Source: an uncultured Acidobacteriota bacterium (GTDB lineage Bacteria > Acidobacteriota > UBA6911 > RPQK01 > JAPXNP01). From it: DNA of 64,000 nt. The notes beneath the pieces were generated by a model. The model worked only from the letters and a program-made list of their open reading frames with translations. It was not told the DNA's origin and made no database searches. Location of the stretch: positions 1 to 64,000 of the forward strand of contig CAVZRV010000010.1 of the NCBI GenBank assembly GCA_963777605.1. Reading direction: 5' to 3'. Below are positions 41,618 through 51,712 of the stretch, one piece after another. A program made the translations under genes and the position numbers. Every line of letters starts with the position of its first letter. The first letter of the stretch is position 1.

Positions 41618-42985
41618 TCACGGCACGGTTCCCGCAGGCGGATACGGCGCCCACGACGGACCCTCGTTTATACCATAGGCAGATACTTGCTTTAAATTGT
41701 CCCCGTCGGCATTCATGATGAAAACCTGCTTGCTTCCGGAACGGGTACTCTGAAAAGTAATACTGCGGCCGTCCGGAGCCCAGTGCGGACTCTCGTAACT
41801 ACCGCTGCCCCGGGTCAGCTGAAAGATCCGGCCCGAGGCAATCTCGACGAGATAGACGTCGTGCTTCCACTGCCGTGGAGCCTGCCACGAGTAGAGGATG
41901 AAACGACCATCCGGAGACCAGGCCGGACTGTCACAGTGGCCACCCTCCTGGATCAACCGCCGCACGTTCGATCCATCCGAGTCCATGACCCAGACTTGCG
42001 GAGACCCGGAGCGATCTGAGATGAACGCGATCTGGGCACCGGTCGGACTCCAGGTGGGGGAAGTGTCGATTCCGGCAGCGCTGGTGATGTTGCGCAGTCC
42101 CCGACCGTCCGGTCCCGAAACCGTAAAGATGTCCGAGTCGCGGCTGTTGCCCAGCCGGGCGGAGAATGCCAGACGGCCATCCGGGGCGAACGCCGGAGAG
42201 GAAACATAGGAACCGGAAAGATCGAGATTGCGAACCGGACCATCGATGTTCTGAATCCGCAACTGCCAGCGATTTTCCGTCGGAAGCTTGGTCACGTAAG
42301 CGACCTGCTTGCTGTCCGGAGACCACTCGGGAAACTTGTTAATCCCACCGTTGAACGACAATTGACGGGCATTCGCCCCGTCGTAGTCCATGAGCCAGAT
42401 TTCCTTGGCATCTCCTTTGAGCGACGCATAGGCGATCTTGGTGGTGGCAACTCCCTGACTGGCGCCGGCCGACAGTTCGAAGACGATCTGATCCGCAAAC
42501 TCGTGAGCGGCTCTTCGAATCAGGGTGACGTCCGTGATTGAGAATCGCTTTCCAAGGACCTGCTGCCGGGTCTGGACATCGTAAAGATAGGCTTCGACAA
42601 CCGACAGGGTCGCATCCACTTGAAGGTTCCCGAAAGCGACGAAGTCGGCATCCAGCGTCGGGACCTGCCAGTTGCTGAAGTCTATGTCCTGCGGTCCCCG
42701 GACCGGCTTGAGCGGGTAGAAGCTCTTTGACGGTATCTCGAAAAACCCCGAGAACGTCAGGTCGTCGAGGAGGACCCGATTGAAAACCGTCAGTGCGGTC
42801 TGGGTCTCGGCCGTAGCCGCGGTCTTGGGCGTGAAGTCCGCAACCGCCAGTCGAGTCGGTGTCGGTCTCGGGAAGATGGTCGCGTCCGTCTGCTGGGCCA
42901 CAACTGACGTCCCGGCAAAAGCAACCATCAAAAGCGCAATTGGTAACCAGAATCGGTCTCTCATCGGCACGCACAACCCTTTCAT
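41618..42985 (-). CDS. tolB: Tol-Pal beta-propeller protein TolB
   Basis: TolB N-domain (AHEFADQI) and PD40 repeats (PEWSPD, PTWSPTG, PAWSPDG). Confidence 0.92.
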   Translation of the reverse strand: MKGLCVPMRDRFWLPIALLMVAFAGTSVVAQQTDATIFPRPTPTRLAVADFTPKTAATAETQTALTVFNRVLLDDLTFSGFFEIPSKSFYPLKPVRGPQDIDFSNWQVPTLDADFVAFGNLQVDATLSVVEAYLYDVQTRQQVLGKRFSITDVTLIRRAAHEFADQIVFELSAGASQGVATTKIAYASLKGDAKEIWLMDYDGANARQLSFNGGINKFPEWSPDSKQVAYVTKLPTENRWQLRIQNIDGPVRNLDLSGSYVSSPAFAPDGRLAFSARLGNSRDSDIFTVSGPDGRGLRNITSAAGIDTSPTWSPTGAQIAFISDRSGSPQVWVMDSDGSNVRRLIQEGGHCDSPAWSPDGRFILYSWQAPRQWKHDVYLVEIASGRIFQLTRGSGSYESPHWAPDGRSITFQSTRSGSKQVFIMNADGDNLKQVSAYGINEGPSWAPYPPAGTVP

Positions 42986-43809
42986 TAGCGGGGTGGATAT
43001 TCGAAAACTGCCTTGAACCGGACTGTCCGGTTTCTCAGTTCGTAGGGAAGCGGGGGCAGGGGATTGGCCGCCTGGATGGCCCGCATGACGGCCAGGTCTA
43101 CGCTGCGGATTCCGCTACGGGACTCCAGTTGAACGTCGGTAATCTGCCCGTTTGCCTGGACTACAAAAGTGGCAACCGCCTGAACCCGCCGTTCGAGATT
43201 GCCAAGCGACGTCTGAAGCCAGTTCTGCCCGACGCGCTGCTCGACCTGACGAACGTACCAGGAATCGATCGAGCCGCCCTCGCCGGAACCCGAACCGATC
43301 AGGACTCCACGTCCCGAACCGAAACCGCCACCCACGCCGCCCGCTCCGCCCTGGGTTCCCTTGCCGGGATCGGACTCTCTCGGAATCAGCCCCTTCGTTT
43401 CCGGTTTTTCCTCCGGTTCTTCCTTTTTCGGTGGCGGACGCCGTTCCGGCTCAGGTGGCTTGGGCTTCGGCTTGTCCTTCTCCTTGGTGAAAACCTTGTC
43501 GGGGATCGTCGCTTCCTCGACCGCCGGTTCCGGCTTGGCTGGAGGTGGCGGAGGAGCCGAATCGGGCCGCGATGTAATCGGAGGCTTGTACATTCCCGCT
43601 CCACCACCGGTGTCCGCAGCAAGTCCGACGGAGACAAAGTCACCCTGGCCACCGCCGGGTCCCATACCCAACTCGATCGGAGGGGGTTCCGGGAGTAGGG
43701 TCACTCCGACGGTGAAAAAGAGTAGGACGAGCAGGTGCAGAACGACCGAGATAATCACCGGCCGGCGCGACTGATCTTCCTGCAAATGTGAGTGCAGAAC
43801 CGTTCTCAC
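42985..43809 (-). CDS. tolA: TolA/TonB-family energy transducer
   Basis: SVVLH TM motif, Pro/Lys-rich linker, C-terminal SGIRSVDLAVMRAI..PLPPLP; position in the tol-pal operon. Confidence 0.8.
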   Translation of the reverse strand: MRTVLHSHLQEDQSRRPVIISVVLHLLVLLFFTVGVTLLPEPPPIELGMGPGGGQGDFVSVGLAADTGGGAGMYKPPITSRPDSAPPPPPAKPEPAVEEATIPDKVFTKEKDKPKPKPPEPERRPPPKKEEPEEKPETKGLIPRESDPGKGTQGGAGGVGGGFGSGRGVLIGSGSGEGGSIDSWYVRQVEQRVGQNWLQTSLGNLERRVQAVATFVVQANGQITDVQLESRSGIRSVDLAVMRAIQAANPLPPLPYELRNRTVRFKAVFEYPPR

Positions 43810-44246
43810 GGTTCGACCACGCCTCCTTCCGTCTGATACGGACGGGTCACCAGGTTGATTCGTTCGTAGCCGGACTGACGAATTTCATCGACCACCGCGA
43901 CGATTGTCTTCCAACGAACATCTTCGTCGGCCTGCAGGAAAATCGGTCGGTCCGAGGCTCCAATATCCCGCTTGAGCAGTTCACCGAGTTCATTGAAATT
44001 GATCGTGTTCGAACGATAGTAAAGGAGTTCGTCCCGACTGATCGTAATCACAGCACGCTGCTCGGGGTCAACGGCCTTGACCGTTCGCGTTTGCGGTAGT
44101 TCGACTTCGATTCCGGTCTGGAGAATGGGAGCCGTGACCATGAAAATGATCAGCAACACGAGAACCACATCGACCAGCGGGGTTACGTTGATATCCGATA
44201 GAGTCGGCCGGGTACCTTCCGATCCCATCTGAAACGCCATGGACAC
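43806..44246 (-). CDS. tolR: TolR/ExbD
   Basis: DINVTPLVDVVLVLLIIFMVTAP. Confidence 0.9.
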   Translation of the reverse strand: MSMAFQMGSEGTRPTLSDINVTPLVDVVLVLLIIFMVTAPILQTGIEVELPQTRTVKAVDPEQRAVITISRDELLYYRSNTINFNELGELLKRDIGASDRPIFLQADEDVRWKTIVAVVDEIRQSGYERINLVTRPYQTEGGVVEP

Positions 44247-44257
44247 CTTTCTCCAGT

Positions 44258-44974
44258 TTAGCTGAAACTCCGCTCGACAAGGTTGAGGAACTCAGCCGCG
44301 AAGTCATCCATTTCGGCACCGAAGTGGCGCAACCGGTTCAGAAAATAGTTGTACCCAATAACCGCAGGGATCGCAGCAAATAGCCCGCCCGCCGTCGCAA
44401 TGAGGGCCTCGCTGATACCCGGAGCGACCGATTGAATCGTGGTCGGTCCTCCCTCGCCGAGTCCCTGAAATGCATTGATGATCCCGACCACCGTTCCGAA
44501 GAGTCCGATGAACGGGGTCACCGATCCGGTTGTCGCCAGCCAGTTCAGCGATGTCTCCATGGTCAACATCTCCGCCATGGCTGCCTTCCTGAGGGCCCGA
44601 TCCAGTCCGTCCAGGCCGTTGACAACGGCTTCCCGCTGGGCATCGTCTGGATTGGACGCGCGTGATCTCGCGCTCTGGACACGGTGGTTGAGTTCAACGT
44701 AGCCACTCTTGAATATCCCTGCCAAGGGCGACATCGGGAAACGTTCGCACTCCCGGTAAATATCCGAAAGGCTGGAACGTCGCTGGAACTCTTCGTGAAA
44801 TTCCAGCGATTCAGCTTCTACCTTCGTGAACGTATTGTACTTTCGGATGATGATCGCCCACGACAGAATTGAAAAGAAGAGGAGAACCAGCAAGACCGCG
44901 ATAGCAATCGGGCCACTGTTCAGGATCAGCGACCAAAAGCCTCCAAACGAACCTTGAGCAATCAATCCAGCCAA
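44258..44974 (-). CDS. tolQ: TolQ/ExbB
   Basis: LATTGSVTPFIGLFGTVVGI..VAPGISEALIATAGGLFAAIPA. Confidence 0.9.
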   Translation of the reverse strand: MAGLIAQGSFGGFWSLILNSGPIAIAVLLVLLFFSILSWAIIIRKYNTFTKVEAESLEFHEEFQRRSSLSDIYRECERFPMSPLAGIFKSGYVELNHRVQSARSRASNPDDAQREAVVNGLDGLDRALRKAAMAEMLTMETSLNWLATTGSVTPFIGLFGTVVGIINAFQGLGEGGPTTIQSVAPGISEALIATAGGLFAAIPAVIGYNYFLNRLRHFGAEMDDFAAEFLNLVERSFS

Positions 44975-45221
44975 ATCTACCCATCCTCCCGGGACATTCG
45001 CGGCCCCGCCGAGCTCTTCACAGACAAGAAACCTTAATAAACTTCGTTCAACGGCGCGATCACGGCCACCGAAGGCTCGCGATCGGTCGTGCCCACCCCA
45101 GCCTGAGATACCAGAAACTCCGGGAGGTCGGGCCCGGACATTTCGATTGTAACCGATGCCTCTGGCCGGATACCATTATCGGGTCCGGGCGACGAAGTGG
45201 TTCGCATTCCGGGCAACAACT

Positions 45222-46904
45222 ATGCTTCGTTTTGTCTCCATAGAAAACTTCGCTTTGATTCAGCGTGCTCAGATCGAGTTCCAGGCGGGACTCAATCTGA
45301 TTACGGGTGAAACAGGTTCGGGTAAATCGATCATTGTTGACGCGGTTGGGCTGCTGACCGGCGCCCGCGCCTCGCAGGAGATGGTCCGCCAGGGACACGA
45401 GACCGCCCGAATCGAGGGGCTCTTTCAGTTATCTCCCGAGAGCGCCGCCCGCGAGGTGCTTCGCGACAACGGCTTCGACGACTCTGAATCGGAGCTGGTG
45501 ATTCGCCGGGAAATCTCTCTCGGTGGCGCCAACAGGGTTTTCCTCAACGATCGCCTTTCTACGCTCGGAGTACTCGCACTGGTCGGTCGCCACCTGGTCG
45601 ATATCCTTGGCCAGCACAGCCAGCAGACGCTGCTCAACCCGGCGTCCCATCTCGATATGATCGACTGGTACGGCCGCCTCGGAGCCGCGCGGGAGGCGGT
45701 CTCCCGGCTGTTTGCCCGACTCAGCACCCTCCGGGAGCGGCTCAGGTTCATAAAGCAGTCGGAGAAGGACCGACTCCATCGGCTCGATCTCCTGAAGTAC
45801 CAGTGTCAGGAGATCGAAGGACTCAAACTTGCGGTTGGGATGGATGATGAACTGGCTGCGGAACGGTTGCTCCTGTCCAGTGCAGAATCCCGCCTGGAAG
45901 CCGCGCAGGAGGCCTACCAGCTGCTCTACGAGGATGACGAGGCCGTGGTGGCCCGCCTCGATCGCATCGGGCGCCGCCTCGAACAACTTGGAGAGCTGGA
46001 TCCAGCTCAGGTGGACTTGCCGAAGCGGCTCCAGGAGGCTCAGTTTCTGGTCGAAGAAGTCTCTTTCCAGATCCGTGACTATCTCGGCGACATTCAATTC
46101 GACTCCCGCCGGCTCGAGGAAATTGAGGAGCGGCTGGCAGATATCGACCGGGCCAAGCGGAAATATGGTGCAACCATCCAGGACGTTCTCAACTTCGCTG
46201 CCGGTGCCAGGCGGGAAATCGAGAGCCTGGAAAACAGCGAGGAGGAAATGGCCCGCCTCACGGCGGATATAGAATCTGCTAGCCACGAGTACGAGTCCCT
46301 GGCAACGGAGCTGTCGCACAGGCGACAGCAGGTATCGCAAACACTGTGTGATGCAGTTCAGCGCGAGCTCGCCGAGTTGGCGATGCAGAACACCATTCTG
46401 GAAGCCAGGTTCGAGCTGAGTCGAAAGGTCTTCACAGAGAAGGGAATTGACGAAGTTGAGTTTCTGATCAGCCCAAATCCCGGTGAGGAACCCCGTCCGC
46501 TGGCCCGGATCGCTTCCGGTGGTGAACTCTCTAGACTGATGCTTGCCCTCAAGTCGGTTTCCCGCGACGAGGACCGTCCGAAAACTCTGGTTTTCGACGA
46601 GGTGGATGCCGGAATCGGGGGAGGCACCGCGACCGTGCTGGGAGCGAAACTGGCTCGAGTGGCCCAGCGTCACCAGGTATTCTGTGTGACCCATCTCCCC
46701 CAGATCGCTGCCTTCGCTCAGCAACATTTCCACGTCGGCAAGTCGCTGCGTGATGACCGCACAGTTGTGAATATTGAGCGGCTCGACGAGGCCGGACGAG
46801 TTGAGGAACTGGCCCGGATGCTTGCCGGTGAACGAATCACCGAAACCAGTCGCCGCCAGGCCGAGGAACTGCTCAAATCTGGGCGAGAACTCATTTCCCG
46901 GTGA
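45222..46904 (+). CDS. recN: DNA repair protein RecN
   Basis: ITGETGSGKS, ASGGELSRLMLA, FDEVDAGIGG, VTHLPQIAA. Confidence 0.97.
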   Translation: MLRFVSIENFALIQRAQIEFQAGLNLITGETGSGKSIIVDAVGLLTGARASQEMVRQGHETARIEGLFQLSPESAAREVLRDNGFDDSESELVIRREISLGGANRVFLNDRLSTLGVLALVGRHLVDILGQHSQQTLLNPASHLDMIDWYGRLGAAREAVSRLFARLSTLRERLRFIKQSEKDRLHRLDLLKYQCQEIEGLKLAVGMDDELAAERLLLSSAESRLEAAQEAYQLLYEDDEAVVARLDRIGRRLEQLGELDPAQVDLPKRLQEAQFLVEEVSFQIRDYLGDIQFDSRRLEEIEERLADIDRAKRKYGATIQDVLNFAAGARREIESLENSEEEMARLTADIESASHEYESLATELSHRRQQVSQTLCDAVQRELAELAMQNTILEARFELSRKVFTEKGIDEVEFLISPNPGEEPRPLARIASGGELSRLMLALKSVSRDEDRPKTLVFDEVDAGIGGGTATVLGAKLARVAQRHQVFCVTHLPQIAAFAQQHFHVGKSLRDDRTVVNIERLDEAGRVEELARMLAGERITETSRRQAEELLKSGRELISR

Positions 46905-46974
46905 AGTGTCCCCTCTCGGCGTCAATCAGCCCAGCAGTCAAGAGACCCCGTTTTTCGCTAGAATGAGTAAACTC

Positions 46975-48333
46975 ATGGCCCGCACCTACTACATTGAAAC
47001 GCATGGTTGCCAGATGAACGAACATGACTCCGAAAAGATCGGGGGACTGCTCGATCACTACGGGCATCGCGCGGTTTCGAGTCCAGAGGAAGCCGATCTC
47101 TTCATCCTGAATACCTGCAGTGTCCGTGAGAAGGCTGTGCAGAAGGTTTACAGCAGGCTCGGTCAGTTGAAGGGCCGCAAGGCCTCCGATCCTGACTTCT
47201 TGATCGGAGTCGTCGGGTGCGTCGCCCAGCAGGAAGGTGAACAAATGGTGAAGAGAGCCGCGCACGTGGACATGGTGGTGGGGACCCACCTTTACCACGA
47301 ACTCCCGGACCTGCTCGAAGAGCTCGAGGGCCGCGCGCAGACGACCACGAATCACGGTTCGACGGTCGCCACGGAATTCCTGCCTGACGTCTCGCCGCCC
47401 GAGATCGCGGGAGTTTCCAGGGGAAGTTCATTCCGGGCAAACGTTACTATCATGGAGGGTTGTAATAAGCATTGCGCTTTCTGCATCGTCCCTTACACGC
47501 GCGGAAGCGAACGCAACCGGCCCTCTCGGCTCATTGTCGATGAGGTTCGGCGCTGTGCCGATTCTGGTTATGTTGAAATCCAGCTCCTTGGCCAGACCGT
47601 GAACAGCTACAAAGACCCGGAACGAAAAGGCTATCGCTTTGCTGAGCTCCTTGGCGAGGTGGCCACGGTTAACGGACTTAGAAGGATTCGCTTCACTTCG
47701 CCCCATCCCCGGCATTTCACCCCTGATGTAATTTCAGTTATTGCCGAGAATCAGAATGTGTGCGATCAAATCCACGTCCCGCTTCAATCGGGTTCCTCGA
47801 GAATCCTCCGTCGAATGCGACGACAGCACGACCGCGCCTGGTACGAGGATCTCGTGACCCGATTCCGAAGTTGCGGAAGGGAACTGGCACTATCGACAGA
47901 CATGATCGTCGGCTTTCCCGGAGAGACTGATCAGGATTTCGAAGAAACTCTTACCCTGGTTGAATTTGCGAATTATGAGCAGATGTTTTCCTTTAAGTAT
48001 TCGCCACGTCCCAATACGGAGTCCGAGACGTGGGAGGACGACGTCCCGCCCGACGAAAAGTCCCGACGTCTTACCACTCTCCAGGCCCTCCAACGCAAAA
48101 TCCAGCTGGAGATCCATCGCCGAAAGTACCTCTACAATGAGTTTGAAGTTCTCACCGAGGGAATCGCAAAGGACGGAATTCGCAAGTTTGGCCGCACCAC
48201 ATCCAACAAGATCGTCAACTTCTTCGGATCCGAAAAACCGGGAGACTTCACCGAAGTCCGGATAACCTCGGCTGGTCCCAACAGCCTCGTTGGAGACCCA
48301 CTGGTAGATTGCCAACTCGCAGACGCGGTATAA
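46975..48333 (+). CDS. miaB: tRNA-2-methylthio-N6-dimethylallyladenosine synthase
   Basis: ETHGCQMNEHDSE, NTCSVREKA, CNKHCAFC radical SAM motif, TRAM domain. Confidence 0.97.
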   Translation: MARTYYIETHGCQMNEHDSEKIGGLLDHYGHRAVSSPEEADLFILNTCSVREKAVQKVYSRLGQLKGRKASDPDFLIGVVGCVAQQEGEQMVKRAAHVDMVVGTHLYHELPDLLEELEGRAQTTTNHGSTVATEFLPDVSPPEIAGVSRGSSFRANVTIMEGCNKHCAFCIVPYTRGSERNRPSRLIVDEVRRCADSGYVEIQLLGQTVNSYKDPERKGYRFAELLGEVATVNGLRRIRFTSPHPRHFTPDVISVIAENQNVCDQIHVPLQSGSSRILRRMRRQHDRAWYEDLVTRFRSCGRELALSTDMIVGFPGETDQDFEETLTLVEFANYEQMFSFKYSPRPNTESETWEDDVPPDEKSRRLTTLQALQRKIQLEIHRRKYLYNEFEVLTEGIAKDGIRKFGRTTSNKIVNFFGSEKPGDFTEVRITSAGPNSLVGDPLVDCQLADAV

Positions 48334-48343
48334 AAGAGGAAGC

Positions 48344-48829
48344 ATGGAACGGGAATTCAGAATCAAAGGGCTTATGATGGATCCGATCACCAACTCTCCG
48401 ATTGTGATCCTCCAGGATGTCCAGAAAAACACGCTCCTGCCGATCTGGGTGGGTATTTTTGAAGCCAACGCGATCGCTCTTCAGATCGAACGCATCGACA
48501 CCCCGCGTCCCATGACGCATGACCTCCTCAAGAACGTTTTGCTCCATTTCAACGCCGAAGTGGAAAAGGTGGTTGTGACCGAGCTCAGGGAGAACACCTT
48601 TTACGCCGTGATCCATCTCAACTGCGACGGTGAACCGATGATCGTCGACAGCCGTCCCAGTGACGCCATCGCACTCGCTCTGCGCACCGATGCTCCAATC
48701 TTCGTCACCGAGAGCGTCATCCAGAACAGCCGCAACATTTCTCTTGACAAGGAAAAGCTCGACCCGGATGAAGTCCGGGAGTGGCTCGAGAATCTCAAGC
48801 CCGAAGACCTCGGCAAGTACAAAATGTAG
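48344..48829 (+). CDS. Bifunctional nuclease family protein (DUF151)
   Basis: LPIWVGIFEANAIA, RPMTHDL, DSRPSDAIALALR. Confidence 0.92.
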   Translation: MEREFRIKGLMMDPITNSPIVILQDVQKNTLLPIWVGIFEANAIALQIERIDTPRPMTHDLLKNVLLHFNAEVEKVVVTELRENTFYAVIHLNCDGEPMIVDSRPSDAIALALRTDAPIFVTESVIQNSRNISLDKEKLDPDEVREWLENLKPEDLGKYKM

Positions 48830-48923
48830 CCGCGGCGGCGCAGGAAAGCCGCCCTCCTGGCAAGCCAGGCGAGCCCGATTTCTTAAAGCTGCCCGACAAC
48901 GGCAGCGATATTCCACGGACAAT

Positions 48924-48951
48924 ACTTAACATAATATATCTTATACGACCT
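48924..48951 (-). other. XerCD dif recombination site
   Basis: Minus strand reads AGGTCGTATAA-GATATA-TTATGTTAAGT versus E. coli dif GGTGCGCATAA-TGTATA-TTATGTTAAAT; intergenic AT-rich patch. Confidence 0.85.
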
Positions 48952-48974
48952 TTAATTTCTGGCGCGCCTGCCGG

Positions 48975-49002
48975 GAAAGCGGACTTCCCCGCTTTCTTCG
49001 TT
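48975..49002 (+). terminator. Putative intrinsic terminator after miaB-DUF151
   Basis: GAAAGCGG-acttcc-CCGCTTTC stem followed by TTCGTT. Confidence 0.5.
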
Positions 49003-49201
49003 GTGGCCCTAAGCGGGAATTGGAGGAGCGTGGCCCTTCTTAATCGTTCGAAGCGATCGGTTCAGGCGGCGGTTCAACTGCAGAGTTTCTTGATGAAGGC
49101 TAAGGATTTCGGGAATTGAAATTGGTACCTGGCCCCTCATTCAATCCCCGTTGATTCATCCGGGAATAGCGAGCGATTCGGTGAGCAGCAATGGATCGCC
49201 G

Positions 49202-49432
49202 CTAGGCCTTGCGGGTTGGGGGCGGAAGAATGCGGGCCTCAATGGCTGAGGAGAATCCGCAGGCTCGGTGCTTCCCGTCGCAAAACGGCTTGTTCTCTGA
49301 CTCGCCGCACCGGCAGAGGCCGATCACCGTGCGTCCTGCCAGGTCGAAGACGCTGTCGGATGCGTCCTTTACGACGAAGTCACCTGAAATGATGATGGGG
49401 CCGTTATCTTTGATCTTGATCTCACAGGGCAT
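49202..49432 (-). CDS. CDGSH iron-sulfur domain protein
   Basis: LCRCGESENKPFCDGKH. Confidence 0.92.
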   Translation of the reverse strand: MPCEIKIKDNGPIIISGDFVVKDASDSVFDLAGRTVIGLCRCGESENKPFCDGKHRACGFSSAIEARILPPPTRKA

Positions 49433-49494
49433 TGGAGCGACTCCTTTCCTGGAACCTTCTGAATCGAACCGGGAGCATCGGGAGTTGATGGCTA

Positions 49495-49725
49495 CTACAG
49501 GTAGCCCTTCTCCTGCAGGTGACGCTCCAAGTCCTCGATCCGGGTCTTGAATTCACCAAAAGTATCGGGGCTGACGGTAATTCCCTTCTTGGTGGGTTTC
49601 CACTCTCCCTCGTCATCTTCGTAATAGACGCGGATGTCAGCATAAGTCTTGCCCTTGAATTCAGTGACGCTGAAAAGGATCTTTTCGTTCCAGCCTTTCT
49701 CCATTTCGCCGATGACGTCTGCCAT
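49495..49725 (-). CDS. PC4/p15 (Sub1)-family ssDNA-binding protein
   Basis: SD AGGAGG; SVTEFKGKTYADIRVYY..WKPTKKGITV is the PC4 signature. Confidence 0.85.
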   Translation of the reverse strand: MADVIGEMEKGWNEKILFSVTEFKGKTYADIRVYYEDDEGEWKPTKKGITVSPDTFGEFKTRIEDLERHLQEKGYL

Positions 49726-49929
49726 TTCATTCCTCCTGGTGCTGTTGCCCCCGCCCGCAGGCCGGGATCGTGAGCGGCCGATCAAATGTCGCCAGCCGTG
49801 CAGACGTAAGAGCTTACTAGATCGTCCGCTAAGTGCTCAAGTTGGTCACGGCCGGGAGCCAGTGGTATAAAGATGCGGTTGGTGTGACCTGAGATGCGTA
49901 AGGCGTGTACCAATGAATCGAAGGATGAT

Positions 49930-50508
49930 ATGACCAAGCGAACCGGTTACCTGAAGAATTACCTGGATGCTACGATCCGCTCCCTGCAGGGACTTCCTCT
50001 GGACGGGATCGCCCGGCTTATCGAAATGCTGGAGTCGGCCCGGGATGAGGGGCGGCAGATTTTCATTTGCGGGAACGGTGGCAGCGCAGCCACTGCAAGT
50101 CACTTTGTGAACGACTTGGGTAAAGGAGCCAGCCTGGGGCGGGAACGGCGGTTCCGCCCGATTGCGCTGACCGACAACGTGCCCTGGATTACCGCCATCG
50201 CCAACGACCTCGACTACAGGCTGGTTTTCGTCGAACAGCTCAAGAACCTCGCCCAGCCGGGCGACCTCCTTCTGACCTTCAGCGGCAGCGGGAACTCTCC
50301 AAACGTCCTCGAGGCCGTCCGCTGGAGCCGCGAGTACGGGCTGACCACGGTCGGAATCACCGGAAAGTCAGGTGGCGCCCTGGCCGGGCTCTGTGACCTG
50401 GCGCTCCAGGTGCCGTCCGATCACATGGGAAGGATAGAAGACGCCCATTGCGTCATCCAGCACCTGATCGGCTATTACCTGATGGAGAACGTTCCCGGCC
50501 AGGAATGA
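49930..50508 (+). CDS. SIS-domain phosphoheptose isomerase-like protein (GmhA family)
   Basis: FICGNGGSAATASHFVND, AIAND, FSGSGNSPNV, IEDAH. Confidence 0.85.
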   Translation: MTKRTGYLKNYLDATIRSLQGLPLDGIARLIEMLESARDEGRQIFICGNGGSAATASHFVNDLGKGASLGRERRFRPIALTDNVPWITAIANDLDYRLVFVEQLKNLAQPGDLLLTFSGSGNSPNVLEAVRWSREYGLTTVGITGKSGGALAGLCDLALQVPSDHMGRIEDAHCVIQHLIGYYLMENVPGQE

Positions 50509-50527
50509 CCTTCCCCAAAGCCTCTCC

Positions 50528-51712
50528 CTATCCGACGTTTGGCAGACCGTGCAGGATGATGGCCAGAACGAACAGGACGGCGCATGCCGGGAGCAGGAGT
50601 TTGAGCGCCTTTTGAACCGAGGTTCCCTTGGCCAGGTTCCCGATTGCCTTGGGCACGATGACGGCCCCGGCAAGACCAACCGCGAAAATAATGCCGAAAA
50701 GGCTTCCGCTGGCCCCCCCGAATTTCTCAAAGGTTACGCCGACCGTCGTCGGGAATGCCGGGGCAAAGACAAGCCCGGAAGCTGCAGCCAGAACGTAGGC
50801 GCCAGTCGGGCTGGTGACGCGCCCCATGATGACGATGATCACCGCCGAAACGACGGCTGCGCCGGCGATAAGCCAGCCCCCGGCCTGGGTGATCCCGGAA
50901 ATGCTCGTCAGAAGCCGGCCAACCATCATGGCAATCGCGAATGCGGAAAGGAGCCTGGCCGCAGAGGCATCAACCTGGTCGGTGGACAGGCCTGATTTTG
51001 CCCGGGAAATCACTTCTTTCCCGAACGGGGCAAGCCAGTTTGTGAAACTGGACTCGAGCGCGATGTAGCAGAAGAGCACCAGTGCCGCCACGATCGTGAC
51101 CGGTTCCTTGAGCAGTTCAAACGCGGAGCCCAGCGTAAATCCCTCGGGGGCAGGCGGAAATACCGCCAGGAGGCTGAAGAGCAGCGGCAAGAGGAGGACG
51201 ATTCCCAAGGCGGAAACTGCATTCTCGTAGGAAATCTTTCCAAAGAGGAAACTGACCAGAAACGGAGTCAGGAAAAGCCCGAGGCCGAAGAAGACGTTGA
51301 CGAGATTGTTTGCGGCAGCCGCATCGCCCTCGAACAGGCTCTGCACAACGCTGGTCCCGAGAACGTTCCCAGTCGTGTTGCAAGCCATTGCTCCGATGCC
51401 AAGAAGGATGCAGGCAACCACGCTCGCCTGGAAGCTCTTTGCCCGAGCCAGAATTAGAAAAGCTGCAGCAGCGGCAGCGAACCCGCCGATGGCAACCAGT
51501 TGGTATCCGAGGCTGTCCATCAGCACTCCGACCGCAAGTGAAGCAACCAGACAGGCCGACATGAACAACGAAATCATGGAACCGAACTGGGCCTGGTCAA
51601 TGCCCAGCCTGGGCATCATTTTGACTGCAATCGAACCGAGCAACGCAAAACACATACCCAGGCCGAACGATCCGCTCAGCCCGACAATAACGGTCCAGAA
51701 ATTGTGATCCAT
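50528..51712 (-). CDS. MFS transporter (sugar/fucose permease-like)
   Basis: About 12 TM segments; FFGLGLFLTP; LFCYIALE; PAFPT. Confidence 0.85.
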   Translation of the reverse strand: MDHNFWTVIVGLSGSFGLGMCFALLGSIAVKMMPRLGIDQAQFGSMISLFMSACLVASLAVGVLMDSLGYQLVAIGGFAAAAAAFLILARAKSFQASVVACILLGIGAMACNTTGNVLGTSVVQSLFEGDAAAANNLVNVFFGLGLFLTPFLVSFLFGKISYENAVSALGIVLLLPLLFSLLAVFPPAPEGFTLGSAFELLKEPVTIVAALVLFCYIALESSFTNWLAPFGKEVISRAKSGLSTDQVDASAARLLSAFAIAMMVGRLLTSISGITQAGGWLIAGAAVVSAVIIVIMGRVTSPTGAYVLAAASGLVFAPAFPTTVGVTFEKFGGASGSLFGIIFAVGLAGAVIVPKAIGNLAKGTSVQKALKLLLPACAVLFVLAIILHGLPNVG

